Shown here: positions 1 to 14,214 of the stretch, piece by piece
Layout: each line of letters starts with the position of its first letter
Numbering within the stretch: the first letter of the stretch is position 1
Assembly (NCBI RefSeq): GCF_003918875.1
Contig: NW_025766936.1
Coordinates: forward strand, 1,054,001-1,118,000
Direction of reading: 5' to 3'
DNA from: Haliotis rubra
Lineage: Eukaryota
DNA: 64,000 nt
Made by a program: the position numbers and the translations under genes
Notes under the pieces: model-generated
Databases searched by the model: none
Seen by the model: the letters and a program-made list of their open reading frames with translations, nothing else
Told to the model about the DNA's origin: nothing

Positions 1-1277
1 TAAACTGGAACTCAAAAGGATAAACGTCGTTCAAGCAACGACGTCGTCATGCAGTAGGCGACACACCTGGGGATCTTGTAGACCAGGGTAGTACATTAAC
101 ATTGCTCTGAGACAGGATCGTGACTTATCAGTGAATGACCCTTTTTTGACTGACGTCCTGTTCAAGACAGTTCCCTTACCGCTGACAACGTCGAGACTGA
201 CGTTTAGCCTGCGGTTCGAATTCATGCGTCTTGGTGTCTGGTTGACTTGACTATGACATGGCTTTATTATCAAATGGAGAGTGTTATCGGTGAAATAAGG
301 CACCAAAGGCTCGCATAATACAATTTTTAGTCCTAATATATGATATTAATGATACGGAAACACACTCGGTTAACACCCTCTATGTCCTGTTGGTGCGACC
401 GCCATGAGGTGTACCTGCAGGCTTTGGACTGGCGTGGTACCGGGTTTCAGCGTTCCCACGGCTCGCCATCAGTCCTTTACTATTTAGGTGTGTCATGGTA
501 AAATATTGTCTGCACTTTAGAGTGGCAATGATATGTAATTGGGTATCTATTTAAACATTTGAAGCTTTTTCTCGAATATTCGATGTTTCTTGAAAACCTA
601 CAACAAAACAAGCAACATTATCCTCACATCAAGAAATAGAAAGGTTCGTAGGTCAATACATGCATTGCTTCAACTTCCGAACACTAAGCATGCATTCGGG
701 TACACTAACGTACGGATACTGAGGCATTACAATGTGAGGATGTGGGGCCTGCAAGCCTCGTGAGGCGCTACTTCCGGTACTTAGCTGTTTTGCGCGCGCC
801 AACTGGCGATATGCGAGGCGGCGCCCAGCTTACTTCCGGTACCAGATTTCCGGTGACAAGCTTATAGTCAAGAACCAATACTGGTTCAAATTGCGCGATC
901 GCCAAATATGACTTTACTAGACCGGACCAAGTGAACACCAATGCTTGGCTGTCACAGCTGTTGACAGTCGTAATACTTTGGGGATGGTTAGATCGGAAAT
1001 TTGTTATTCCTGCAAGGATCATCGGTTCTTTACTGTCAGCCATGAGACCATTCGAAAAGGTCTGCAAGGTTGTTTATCACCGGAAGTACTAAGGTCTCGC
1101 GAAGTGCCGTGACCTACTTCCGGGCGATGTACTGACAACAGATAATCCGTCGGAGCTGTGAGGTAGTACACAAAATCGTACACTTCCGGCGATGTACATA
1201 CAGTGACTTCGAGGTAGTACACAAAACGTACACACATACAGTGACTTCGTTTTTTATTGGTCTCAGATGTGGTTTGA

Positions 1278-4200
1278 TCAACTAAAAACAATCCGTTTGA
1301 TTTCATCATAACAGAGAACCGGGGCTTCCAGAGCCAAAATGAAGTCCAAATGTTCCCAGTGAGGGATCACGTGATCTCCCACAATGTTCTTCAGCTGAGA
1401 CCGGATCCACGTGACATCTTCCGGGTCTGCCAGGAAGTCTTTGCCCCCGCTGAACAACACCACGGGCACGTCCATCTCATCCGGGCGGTAGTTAGGAGGC
1501 GTGGCCTGGAAGAGATGTCATTAGCCTGTAGAAATCTGTGTTAATAGTGAGGTCTGAGGTCGAGATGTCACCATCGTGTAGTGTCTGTGTCAGTGTCCAA
1601 CAGTGTGGTCTGAGGTCAAGATGTTACTATCGTGTAGTGTCTGTGTCAGTGTCCAACAGTGTGGTCTGAGGTCGAGATGTTACTATCGTGTAGTATCTGT
1701 GTCAGTGTCCAACAGTGTGGTCTGAGGTCGAGATGTCACTATCGTGTAGTGCCTGTGTCAGTGTCCAACAGTGTGGTCTGAGGTCAAGATGTTACTATCG
1801 TGTAGTGTCTGTGTCAGTGTCCAATAGTCTGGTCTGAGGTCGAGATGTTACTATCGTGTAGTATCTGTGTCAGTGTCCAACAGTGTGGTCTGAGGTCGAG
1901 ATGTTACTATCGTGTAGTGTCTGTGTCAGTGTCCAATAGTGTGGTCTGAGGTCGAGATGTTACTATCGTGTAGTGTCTGCGTCAGTGTCCAACAGTGTGG
2001 TCTGAGGTCGAGATGTTACTATCGTGTAGTGTCTGAGTCAGTGTCCAATAGTGTGGTCTGAGGTCGAGATGTTACTATCGTGTAGTGTCTGCGTCAGTGT
2101 CCAACAGTGTGGTCTGAGGTCGAGATGTTACTATCGTGTAGTGTCTGTGCCAGTGTCCAATAGTGTGGTCTGAGGTCGAGATGTCACCATCGTGTAGTGT
2201 CTGTGCCAGTGTCCAATAGTGTGGTCTGAGGTCGAGATGTCACCATCGTGTAGTGTCTGTGCCAGTGTCCAATAGTGTGGTCTGAGGTCGAGATGTTACT
2301 ATCGTGTAGTGTCTGCGTCAGTGTCCAACAGTGTGGTCTGAGGTCAAGATGTTACTATCGTGTAGTGTCTGTGTCACATGGCGTCACACAGCGGAAACGT
2401 AGCACCGGCCTCCAGGTACTGTGGTGCAGGGTCCTGGTTTGCTGGACTCACCTGTCCGTAGTGGGCCGTGTTGGCCGCCGCAGACCCGAAGTCGAACATC
2501 AGGAACTTGTCGGAGTTGACACCCTGCAGAGAAAAGTGACAGATTGGTGATATACCGTTGTAGTTCATGTTTATATACGAGTGCCTCACCTGACAATGTC
2601 TTCATGTCTCACCTGACAATGTCTTCATGTCTCACCTGACAAGGTCTTCATGTCTCACCTGACTATGTCTTTATGTCTCACCTGACAAGGTCTTCATGTC
2701 TCACCTGACAAGGTCTTCATGTCTCACCTGACAATGTCTTTATGTCTCACCTGACAAGGTCTTCATGTCTCACCTGACAATGTCTTTATGTCTCACCTGA
2801 CAAGGTCTTCATATCTCACCTAACAATGTCTTTACGTCTCACCTGTCCGAAGTGTATGATGTTCTGAGTGGAGGTGCCCGCCGGGGTGTGCGCCATGTAG
2901 ACGGGAACTCGAGACTGTAAACATGATACCTGGCCATTGTTTACATGGTAGATACACCACCGTGTACTTTGGTATTATCCCCTATCATATCATCTTACCA
3001 TCCTTGTAGTAAAAATGTTACCTAGCTTAGAAATGTGATCAATGTTTGGTAGTTACCTGGTTGTTAATTGTCATGGCAGAGTGGTGATTAGGGAGGTTAT
3101 GAAGGTGACTATTATTATACTCGAGTATGTATCTATTAGAGTGAGTGAGTGAGTAGGAGAGGGGGGAATGTGTGTTTCACGTCGCAATGAACAATATGCC
3201 AGTTATTTTAGATCAACATACTGTACAAGAAAAGTCCGAAATAATCGCAAACCGCGATTCCAACCCACAAGCGCATGTTGCTTCAGTGGGACGTAACTCT
3301 ACACACAGAATTGTAACTGGGCCACCCGCTCCCTGTATCAGCCAGAATGGATATGATTCCTGGATAACCTGGTGATATAGTCCATGATCTCCAGAAATAG
3401 TTTATAGCCTGATCGACTAACACGTACGGAATTGAGTGAGCGGTAGTCGAAGCCGTTCAGAACAAAGAACAGACTCTCGCAGAGGACAGACGCGTCATTA
3501 CACACGGTCCTCGCCAGCCATTTGGTGGTATTCTTACTCGGCAGCAGCTCTCCATGGCCAAACAACGCAAACGCTCGCTGAAAGATAACCAGTTATACAA
3601 TTTATATATAAACGATCAGCCAGGTAGGGATTTCGTTCCAGATGTAATGTTGTTCCAGTTAGCACTTTAAGCAATACAGATATAAAACATATCACTTCAA
3701 GCCAAAACATTCCCTGTAGGCCAACAACACTGGCCAGTACATTCAGCATGCCCAGTTAAAGAAGTATTTATACTTTTCGTAAAACCCATGGATAAACTAG
3801 TTCGGGAACAGATTACTTTTCCACAGAAATACCAAATGGTATAAGACCCTATCAACTCGGGGAGTTAGCTCGCCTTAAGCTCCTTGGAGAACGGTGCCAA
3901 GAGTCTGATGGGGCTCTTGATGTGTCCGACTGTCGCTACTGGGGCCAGAGCGATGAAGGTCTTGACCAGCCGACCCAGAGTCTTGTTCTGACTGAAGCCC
4001 GCGAAGCCGATAAGTGTCCCCTGAGAGTGACCGACATAGTGGATCTGGGGCTGCCCGGTCGTCCGTACGATGTAGTCAATCATGGCGGGCAGGTCGTACT
4101 TCGCCATCTCGTCATAACTGCGGAAACGAAGTACATGTATGTCTGTGTGCGGTCAGCGTACGTGTGTGGTTCGCGTGGACCGTGATCATTAACTTCATCA

Positions 4201-5852
4201 GTATATATTTTCAGTTTGGACGTCTGTATATACACACCTCCATTCCCAAAACTTGTTGTCCGATGGTTTCAGCGTCTTGTGAGCACGTGAGTAAGTGTTT
4301 CCCCGAGCGTTGCCAAGCCACACGTCAGCGCCTGCGTCGGCCAGGATGAAAGCGAGGCTCTCGTTGGCGAGATTCACCAGAAAGTTAGGTGAGCTACCCA
4401 GAAGACCATGTTGTAGCATCACAACACGCTTGGCTTTAAAAATAAATCGAGAGATTTCACCCTGATCACTGGATATACATGTATGTATGTTCTGTGAGTA
4501 TGTACTACTCTTCACTGACTTTTCATTTAGTTTGTATACGATATGTATGATAACATCTCCCCTATCAACTATCAGTATGTACCAGTATCCGAGGGACCGA
4601 CCAGTTGATATTCTTAAATTGTGTTGCTTTTTATAAAGAATATGATGAAACAGATTGTATGTTTTTTCCGCAAGTGTTCCGTGGTTCAGATATCCGGAAA
4701 TTCGTTTATGCGACAATTTCAAGAAAACCGCAAGTGTCCGGATAAACGGGGCACGACTGTATTCTGTATGAGGTTTACCGATAAGGACGATGTTACCATG
4801 ATAGGGAGCTTCCCGACGGACCTACACTGCTGGCATTCTCTACCAAACCATCGCATTCGTGTTCAACTTTATCCAGAAACAGTATTCATCACAATGTTTA
4901 TGCCTGAAACACATTTTCCATGAACCTCAGAAAACTTGAAAAGGAAATACATGAGTACCACTTCAGTATATTGGTTTTCTCACTTGACTTCGAGTACTCA
5001 CACAATGAACATCAAGACGTATCCTACGTACAGTATCTGTGTTACCTGTCCCCCACATAATACACACAGACGGGTTACCTGTCCCCAGGGTGTCGTTCCC
5101 CCTGCCGTGGGGGATTCGCTGCATGTTGAGGATGAAGCCGTCCTCTGTCGTGACGTAATGGTTCTCACACGGGAAGCCCTTGCTAGTGATCAGCTCCGTC
5201 TGGAAACAACGAGGCGGTTCCGGAAGTCGGGGGAACATAGAGGGTATAAATATTAGATACAAATAACCATCAAAACGTATAACTATTGTATCATCTGACA
5301 AATGGCCATATTTCCACTGTTTTGATTCAGCTTCGCATTCCTACTGACGACGTTAATTAACCTTCGACGTCAATGCTCCCCTACTGTGCACGAAAACCTA
5401 CCTGATAAGCACCATATAGCTGTCCCAGGAGCATCGTAGCTGTATATCAGGGCTAAACATGCAGTGTCGTTTTAATGCAATCATACAGGTCTAAGACGTT
5501 GCAATTTTCATAAATTTCACAGACAGCGTAAAATAAAATCAGGTCAAATTTGGGATTCCAACCCACAGCGATCTGAATTTCCTAAGGGAGGTAACTCTGC
5601 ACTGCGAAGTGTTGGCCTCATCCACCTGGGGCACCTTTGCACTTACTGTGTGACCTAGCCTCGATTCTGTAGTAGGTCAGCCGGGAAATACATGTCTATT
5701 TCAATTGTGCTTGGACACAGTTTTTTACTTACGGCATCCATATACACTTCCGGGTCGACGTGCACCCGGAAGTGCGGTACATTGATAGGGACATGCTGCG
5801 AGGAAACAGTGCGGAGGACAGTTGCCAAGGTGACGAGACTCAGCAACATCAT
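1278..5852 (-). CDS. Acid lipase, lysosomal acid/gastric lipase family (LIPA/LIPF-like), 8 exons, 400 aa
   Basis: Exons 5733-5852, 5079-5199, 4238-4433, 3874-4117, 3428-3577, 2843-2914, 2452-2523, 1278-1505 join in phase (1203 nt). Signal-peptide-like start [13 protein letters not shown]; family motifs [43 protein letters not shown] (catalytic Ser), [15 protein letters not shown] (Asp), WEHLDF (His). AATAAA on - strand at 1253-1258. Confidence 0.95.
1545..2375. repeat. Minisatellite, 56-bp unit, about 15 copies, in last lipase intron
   Basis: Unit GTGGTCTGAGGTCGAGATGTTACTATCGTGTAGTGTCTGTGTCAGTGTCCAACAGT repeated head to tail. Confidence 0.97.
2586..2846. repeat. Minisatellite, 23-bp unit, about 11 copies, abutting the lipase exon 6 donor
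   Basis: Unit ATGTCTCACCTGACAA(T/G)GTCTT(C/T); on the - strand each unit contains CAG|GTGAGA. Confidence 0.97.
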
Positions 5853-8458
5853 GGATGTTCTCCTGAGTCCAGTCAGATCCACGTTGTGACCCACGTGTCG
5901 CCTCATATCAGTCCGAGCACAGGTGTTCCGTAAAAACAGAAGGTTGTTGTGTTGTTCCTTCTCACGTTATCTGTGTTGCTTACAACCCAGATTGTCAACA
6001 GGCACCATTGTAAATACCACGGGGTCCGAGGTAAACCTTTCCATCAAACACATGGCTTTATCGAAATATATATTTCTACTGAGGGGTCTTGACAAACACT
6101 TTAAATGATAAAGTCGAATGAGGTTCCTCTTTAGCCAACAAGATCTGCATAATTTCAGCATTTGACTAAGTCGGAACCTGCCCAAAGCGTACAAGAAGAT
6201 ATATTTGGTGCCTGACTCAGAGGGTGTGGGTTCGAATCCCGAATGGGACCCCACTTAAAAAGTACTAGATCTGTATTTTACTAAGAAAGTGTAATCCCAA
6301 ATATAACATATGTTACATTCGATCACTTTCTAAAATGGAATTGTGTATTTCAAAGAAGATCAAGCAGCTATGTCAGCATGCATGGCAGCGTTTACATTCA
6401 TATTGCCAGAGGAAGGAGCTTTAGCGGTCTAACACATGGGGCACGAGCGTGAGTGGCTTTCCGGTTGAATAACCGAAGTGAACACCTAGTGTCATCACTA
6501 TTTGATAGTGATTCATAAACACATGCTATATCATCGTATCTCATGATGTCAATCACTGGATTGTCTGGTCCAGATTTGATTTGTTTACAGAACGCCATCA
6601 TACAGCTGTAATACGTTAAACAAACAAACAAACACGAGCTTATATATGATACAGACGGAACTGTATTACAATCGGCTCTGCTGTTGGCAGGGATTTCTTA
6701 TGGCTGTAGAACTGGGTTTGTTGCTTGCATTTACAGATTTGGTAGTCATTTGAAAGAAATGTGACACCAAGGGACTACCCCCACATTAGGCTATTAGGTG
6801 TACGGAATTCTAACAGTAATATGACATATTTACGATCAACCAAGTATACCTTACGTGCCCAGACTGACTGTTCACAACTACACAGTATTTAGAACAGAAT
6901 GCCGTTTTATTTGCAGCAGGTGGGAGATCGATGCGTTGAGATGTGTTCTTTTTCTTTCACGGAATGGTGAGCGAGTAGTTTTGTTAACGCCGTATTTGAG
7001 TACTTTTACTGGTTTCAAACACATACTTTCTAAACCGAATAGGGGTCAATGTACTAAGCAGACGTTGATCCTTCGTCTGAAGGATCAACTAAATGTGATA
7101 AATGACAGAGATGGAACGCTTTCGGAACTAAATCCCAACGCCCACACACACCCGAAACTCCCAACTTTGGTAGGGAGTCATTTCTTAGTTTGATGTGTTG
7201 AAAGGTCGTCAAATGAACTAATATTATTTTTGCCTTTCATTAACCAGTTTTACGTAAGCTCTCTTGCTTGAATGATGTGTTTGTGATCAACGAGATGAAC
7301 GGCTAGGGGCTATTGTTTAGAGGAATGGAGCCTGAACAGCGTCCAGGTGATGTGAAACTGGGGACACCTCATGGTGTCGTGTAGTGTTTCTTGATTGGTT
7401 CAGATACGCTCGTGATTTTCCAGAGGGGCGTAGATGTCTCTGGGCCCGTCGTAACCAACGTTAACGTAAGACAGCGTGAAAGTATTTGGGACTTAACTGA
7501 CATAGGGCGGGATCGCCAAGACTTCCAGAACGCCACTGCATCATTTTCCATGGAAGGGCCACTTAACAGTACCACCAAGACAAAATACTGGCGTCAACAG
7601 GGCTGCGGGTCAAGGTGGCCCACGTTTGTCCGTCAACACGATAACGCTAGTATCCATCGTGCATATATTAACACTGGTTACTTTCAGAATTGGTCTCCAG
7701 CAACCCATGCTCGTGAGAGAGATGACAAATGTCAAACAGGGTCTGGTCCAGACTCGATTATTTACACGTCGCCATGATGGAGCTGGAAATTGCCGAGTCC
7801 TAATGGTCGACAGCTTTTTCATCACCATAACTAAGAGTATTATTTCTCAGAAAATATCATTCTGTAATTTCTGGTTTTTATCTCGATGAGCAGCTGTTGT
7901 CTGTAAGTGAAACGACTATCATTTTCGAGGAAGCTATTTAGATTGCAGACTTTTCAGAAGACTTGGATCTTGACATGGATGCTGATTTTGTTGTAAATGA
8001 AGACATATCAGTCACGGGAGTTAAATTAAACTCTTTTAACTCGGTTTGCTAGTTGTCAGCTTTGTTCTGTTATATACTGGTTTCTCTGGTAAGAATGAAC
8101 TTGGGTATTTCCTTGCACCTAAAGAAGGTACACTGTTTCCACTGCCTTTGAACCAAGTGTCGAATACCTGCCGAGTCTGTGTTCAGCATGATCTATCTGC
8201 TTCATCTGTCAACATACATGGTTGAAAACCAATCTGTTCTTGACTGCTACCGTTCATGGACACGGTTGTTTCTCAGGAAACTGTTGTTCGTGTCCCACAG
8301 ACAGATTTAGCTTCTCAAAGTGGAAAATTGTATAGTCTTTGAGAATTTTTGACAATGTTCGAAAATAACACGATTGTATCAATAAAAGACAGAACGTGAT
8401 GTACACACAACCAAAGAAGACCGGGATATTTGGTAAAGACGTGTTTTTGGTGACTTGA

Positions 8459-8814
8459 GGTGAGGTGAGGTGAGGTAAAATTGGGTTTATCGTCGTGCTT
8501 GAGAATATTTCGCTCATATGACGACGTGCATGCGTGTGTATGTGTATGTGCGGCTGCTTGTACTAGCCCAGACTTAAGCTGGTTTTATAGTGCTAGCCCA
8601 CTGAGATACCATGCCGCAGTGAAGCATGAATACCACACTCAGACACATTATACTGACTCCGAGCCGACCAGTCCTTGTACCCATTAATGCCGAGCGCCAG
8701 GCAGGGACCAACAAGTACCATATTTTAACGTCTTTTGGTATGACGGGGTCGGGGATCGAACCAGCGACCTTCCGCTCTCCCGGCGGACGTTCTAACCACT
8801 ACACCACGCAGGCG
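8459..8814 (-). mobile_element. tRNA-derived SINE, family A (Meta-domain-like core, (TCACC)n tail)
   Basis: - strand head with A box (TGGTGTAGTGG) and B box (GGTTCGATCCC), core GTCATACCAAAAGACGTTAAAATATGGTAC; approximately 16-bp TSD GTTTTTGGT(G/A)ACTTGA; close second copy at 35671-36026. Confidence 0.85.
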
Positions 8815-11149
8815 GTTTTTGGTAACTTGATAGATACTAGGTCATAACTGGAGGGGGCATTGTCTGGCCTAGCTGGCTGATGTAGATCGATGGTCATGGA
8901 CGTTGGCGATGACCTCTACCGATCAGCGTTTGCCCCTCACCCTGAAAAACTGCAGGCCCTAAGAACCCAGAACCATAAAAAGTTGTGGGTCCTGATCAGA
9001 ATGTGTAGGCCCTATATTTTAGCTACAATATAAGTAATTCCCAGCAAACAAAAAAGATAGTAATTTCTTCATTGGGGGAATATGAAATTCCAACTTCAAC
9101 TCAGAGAATCCTAGCAATCCTCTGTAAACTGTGTTCACAGTTACCTATACCCTACCTTGGGAGCAGCGTGAAGGGTACGTAGTTGGGAACAGTTCTTCTA
9201 CTGGAACAAGTGGGTACAAGTCTCGCTTGGTTGATTGCCAGTCTACAAGCACCTCCAGTGGAGGAGTTTGCATAACAATCACAGGATTGTCTGATTCAGA
9301 AATCCTGCGATCAGTGTTATTATTACCCAGTGTGGTGTTAAAACAATGACACATGATGCAGTCCCCTGTTCTCTTCATATTTTCTGCTTTTCACCAGAAA
9401 ATAAATAATAACTAAAGCATTAGAAAGATATTGTATATATTTTATACAAAAGATATTGGCTACATACAATTTCTATGTACATAATGTACAATGATGGCAG
9501 ATAGTCTGTCAACTCATTATGAAGAAATGATAGATAAATAAGTTTATGGGATGGAATTTCTGGATGAGCACCTTGCATTAGCTAACATGTAGATACAAAT
9601 GACTGTACAAGACCCATCAAACTATCTTCTATCTAGTCCCAGTACACACTCCATGGTACGACCAGCTTGGTGGTCGGCATCCCTGCATCAGTACAACATC
9701 CACATGTGGATGCAGTGGATGCAGATGATGCGGGGAACAACCAAGACAGTCAGTTCATGTGTGAGAACCAACCTCCTCTACCATTGCTGATTGATATTAA
9801 TTGTACTCCCTCGGCAACATGAAACATCTTCCTACCTGGATTTGCTCAACACAAAATACTACAAATATGGGACACTGATTTCATAAAGCCTGTGCACACA
9901 AGACTGGAGCAGGAAGTGCTCTGAAGCGTCCTGAAGTGAAGACTGATGGCCACTTAGTGCATGAGTTAGGCAGTGATGTTGCCATTTGGTTTGTAGCTTC
10001 AATATGGACATGCCATGAGCTCTAGTGGAGGGAACAAGCGTACAAGGACATAGCTTTCACGGAATTACAGACAACAGCTTTCATCTGAGAAAATGGACCA
10101 TTTCTGTTGTACAAGTTTATCTGCCTTGTGGCAAAATAAAGATAATCTCACATGGAACAACATTTCTCATGTCTCAGTTACTCAAAGTATATCTCAAAAG
10201 GATTGACAGACAACACCCTTTAAGAGGGATGTTAATACTGCTTAAAGTAAAAAAGTCCCACTGTCATCTAATTCAAATGGTAAATCTCCAGTAGCGACCG
10301 CAGTCCAGCCCAGTAATGACTGTATTGACCATGAGAAGCTGCATCCTTGACTGACACAAGGGTACGTCAAGCTGACATGGTTACAGGGGGTGGGGTCAGT
10401 CGAGATTCCTCTCACATACATACAACAACGGAGCTGAAGACAACGAAGCCAGTAATAACAGGGAACTAAACAACATATCTGTTACACAGAACAACATATC
10501 TGATACACAGAACAACATCTAACATCTACATACATAAACAATATGAATGGCACTTGTGAACAATAAATGAAAACATCTTGATAAAAGTTGAGGAAGAAAA
10601 AAAGAGATAAACCCAATCCTAGACTGACCAAAGCTCAAGAGGTGGAGTAGGAGAATTACTCTAGGATGTTTCCACAATACGGAGGAATATCACACATATT
10701 ATGTCAACACTAATACCAAACCTTGACACAAAGAAACTGTAGAATCAGTACATAATGAAATAAGACAGCAGGTTGAGTTTGACTATAGCCAGCAACTATG
10801 TTCACATCCAAAAACTGACATGTCAGTCACAAAGTCTTATAACTTCTCATTCATTTAAAAAACCTGACAGTTCTTGAAAAAAGATCACTGATTGGTCCAT
10901 GACCACCTCACTTGTTTCATCAATCTAACAAGGCCAGGACAATCTGGCACTAATGGGGAAGCTTGTGGGTATGTATTGCCATAAATGAACTTGAAAGACA
11001 TCTTACATAAGGTAGTTCTCTTGTACTCCATGTCAACAGATCAGGGAAGAACAGAAAAACAGATTAACACATGATCTGTAGCAAGTCTGAGTGATATATA
11101 ACACATAATCTTTAGGAAATCTGCTGAAGAAATATCATGATTTGTAACT

Positions 11150-12130
11150 GTCGTGATAACATGCCCTGTATCAAATCTATGTACGATATATAACACAAGA
11201 TCTGCAGCAAATCTGCATGTGACATAAAACACCAAGTTAGGAGCAAATGTGTTATATAGAGCACACAATCTGTAACATGCCAGTGTGTGATACATAACAC
11301 ATGATATGTGGCACAACAGAGTGTAATACATCACATGTTCTGTAACGTGGTGGGATATACAGCACATGATCTGTAACATGCAAGTGTGTGATACATAACA
11401 CATGATATGTGGCACAACAGTGTAATACATCACATGTGCTGTAACGCAGGGATATACAGCACACAATCTGTAACATGCAAGTGTGTGATACATAACACAT
11501 GATATGTGGCACAACAGAGTGTAATACATCACATGTGCTGTAGCGTGGTGGATATACAGCACACAATCTGTAACATGCCAGTGTGTGATACATAACACAT
11601 GATATGTGGCACAACAGAGTGTAATACATCACATGTTCTGTAACGTGGTGGGATATACAGCACATGATCTGTGACAAGACAGTTTCTGACATATAACAGC
11701 AGGCTTGCAGCAACAGAGTGATATATAACACAATCTGTAGGACAACAATTGTGATATCTAGCACATGATCAGGAGCATAACAGGGTGTTATATATAACTA
11801 CTATGTAGCATAGCAAGGTGTGATATATATCACTACTAGTAGCATGACAGTGTGTGATATATATCACTACTAGTAGCATGACAGTGTGTGATATATATCA
11901 CTACAAGTAGCATGACAGTGTGTGATATATATCACTACTAGTAGCATGACAGTGTGTGATACAGAGCACAAGACCTGCAGCACATGTGTGATACAGAGCA
12001 CAAGACCTGCAGCATGACAGTGTGTGATACAGAGCACAAGACCTGCAGCACATGTGTGATACAGAGCACAAGACCTGCAGCACATGTGTGATAGATGACC
12101 GATCTGTAGCCTGTAGCACAACAAGGTGTG
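11150..12130. repeat. Compound degenerate minisatellite (units of about 120, 33 and 30 bp)
   Basis: Repeated blocks such as GTGTGATACATAACACATGATATGTGGCACAAC, TAGTAGCATGACAGTGTGTGATATATATCACTAC and ACAGAGCACAAGACCTGCAGCAC. Overlapping Cys/His/Tyr-rich ORFs are repeat artefacts. Confidence 0.9.
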
Positions 12131-14214
12131 AGATAAGTCTATTACAACACTATGTCATATGTAACATGATCTGTAGTATAACAGATATTGGGTGATCTAT
12201 AGCACTGTGTTTGTAGCAAGTCTTTGTGAGATGGCAATGGAACAGGTAGTAATCTGGAGGAGACCACATACTCAAGACCACACAGAGGTGAATGACATTA
12301 TCCGGAAGGGAGCAGCATGAACACGTCCCTTGCTGGGAGCTTCCTAGGGTCTGTGATCCAGGCAGATGAGAGAAACAATGTTAGTCAGTCTTCAGATGGC
12401 TTGACATACAATACATACCATTTATACTTGGAGACAGTTGGTAAGCAAGCTTATAGGTAACATTGGCACTGAACATACTAAGAGCATGGGCGGAGGAAAC
12501 ATTCAGTGTATATGGGACATGAAACTCGCCTGTACTCTACTCGCATACATGAATGACAGCTTCCACCACTACACAATAAAGAGCAAGCAGACATACACAC
12601 GTCAATCAAAGATACTATCACTGTCTATGTTCACCTAACACTGCATTATCACCATCTGTGAAGGCTCCCAATCAGACTGGACAAAGAACTGTGTGTCATG
12701 ACACACGATATACCTGAAGTTTTTATGGCTTACAGCATGTTCCCTTGAGAATAATTTGGGTGATCCCAACTCCAAGCACAAACTGCCAACAGCTCAGAAC
12801 CACAGTTACTTCAATCATATTTGTTATCATCAAAGAATTCTGTAACAAAAATCGGAGAGTCTCCATTTTTAAGATATTATCTCGTTGACCACTATCAAAA
12901 TCCAAATATCTTTATCGTAACACCAAATAAAAAACTTTCTCCACTCTTTCAGTAATGAACAAAAGTCTACATTCTAAAGAAGGAATAAATATTCCATCAA
13001 ATGCCATCAACTTTACACACACCCCATCAGGATTACAAATTATCACTCAAGCTGTCAACACTTTGGTCCTGAGACTCTGCCAGAGCTTCACACTGACAAC
13101 ATCACTATTTGTGACCTACTGGGGTGTGCCCATGCCTCAACTAGGCAGTCCACAAAAACTGAGCCCCGCTCATCAACAATAAACAAAACCAAGCATAAAA
13201 TAGTTACAGCCATATTGACTGGCTACAGCAGACTAGCAACACAATTCCATAGTAAAATCAACAAGGCATGCACGGTTGGTCGGTGAGGCATGACATGTAG
13301 CTATCTACCACTTGCGACGGTAGTGCTGCACATGTCGAAGGCCAGAAGGTGACATTTTGGTCATTGGCAGAATCTATAGTAATCTGACAGACGTATACTA
13401 CCTTCCTTTCTGTCACATTCAACAGCAGAGATGTGCTATCCAGAGGACACCGGATATGATGTCACTATCAACAATAGGATGTGACATCAAAATCAACAAC
13501 AGAAAGTGTTGTTTCCCCTAGAAGACAGGTTCTGATGTCACAATCAAACACACGGTGTGATGTCACAATCAAACACAGGTTCTGATGTCACAATCAAACA
13601 CACGGTGTGATGTTACAACAGAAGACAGAGAATGATAGCTATTGGATGGCTAATTCCAACTGAATATTCCACTATGGCTAACAAGCACTATGTTAATGAT
13701 ATGCTGTTTTCAAGGATGACTAGTTAGCAGCATGTACTCATGTTCAACATCAGTAAATGCAACATTAAAGCATATCAGATTACTTTGGCAAGACATACAG
13801 TATGCCCTTTCCAATTTCTTGATCAGTAACCCACTGAAAGTCAGTTAAAACCTTATCACCAATAATGGACATACTGAAAGATTACAAAATAGCCTCAAAC
13901 CAGAATGGAATCTTTTGTCAATCTCTAATCATAAGGGTGTAACCAATAGTTCATGTATCAATGCCTAAAATTATTGCAAATTTATTCTTGTAGCAAAAGT
14001 TCCACCACTATGGGTCAGTTCTAACAGCTGAGAGTAGAGCACAATTGACAAGGTCTTTATATTAATGTGCATCAAGTCTCTTACCCCAGTATATTAACAT
14101 TATCTTCAGTGGAAATAGTTAACTCCCAATTTTACCACTTCTAAACAAACTTATCATAGTCAAACATCAAATGGCATCCTATGGATACTGCAATCCTTCC
14201 ATCACTTAAACATA

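Noticed and set aside
31-306. 91-aa ORF as the exon of a neighbouring gene
   Set aside because: No recognisable motif and no convincing splice sites.
1545-2846. CRISPR-like regular repeats (also 14215-15510 and 56237-56740)
   Set aside because: Head-to-tail units without unique spacers, no cas genes, eukaryotic intron or UTR context.
11041-12124. Cys/His-rich ORFs resembling metal-binding proteins
   Set aside because: Translations of a compound minisatellite in several frames.
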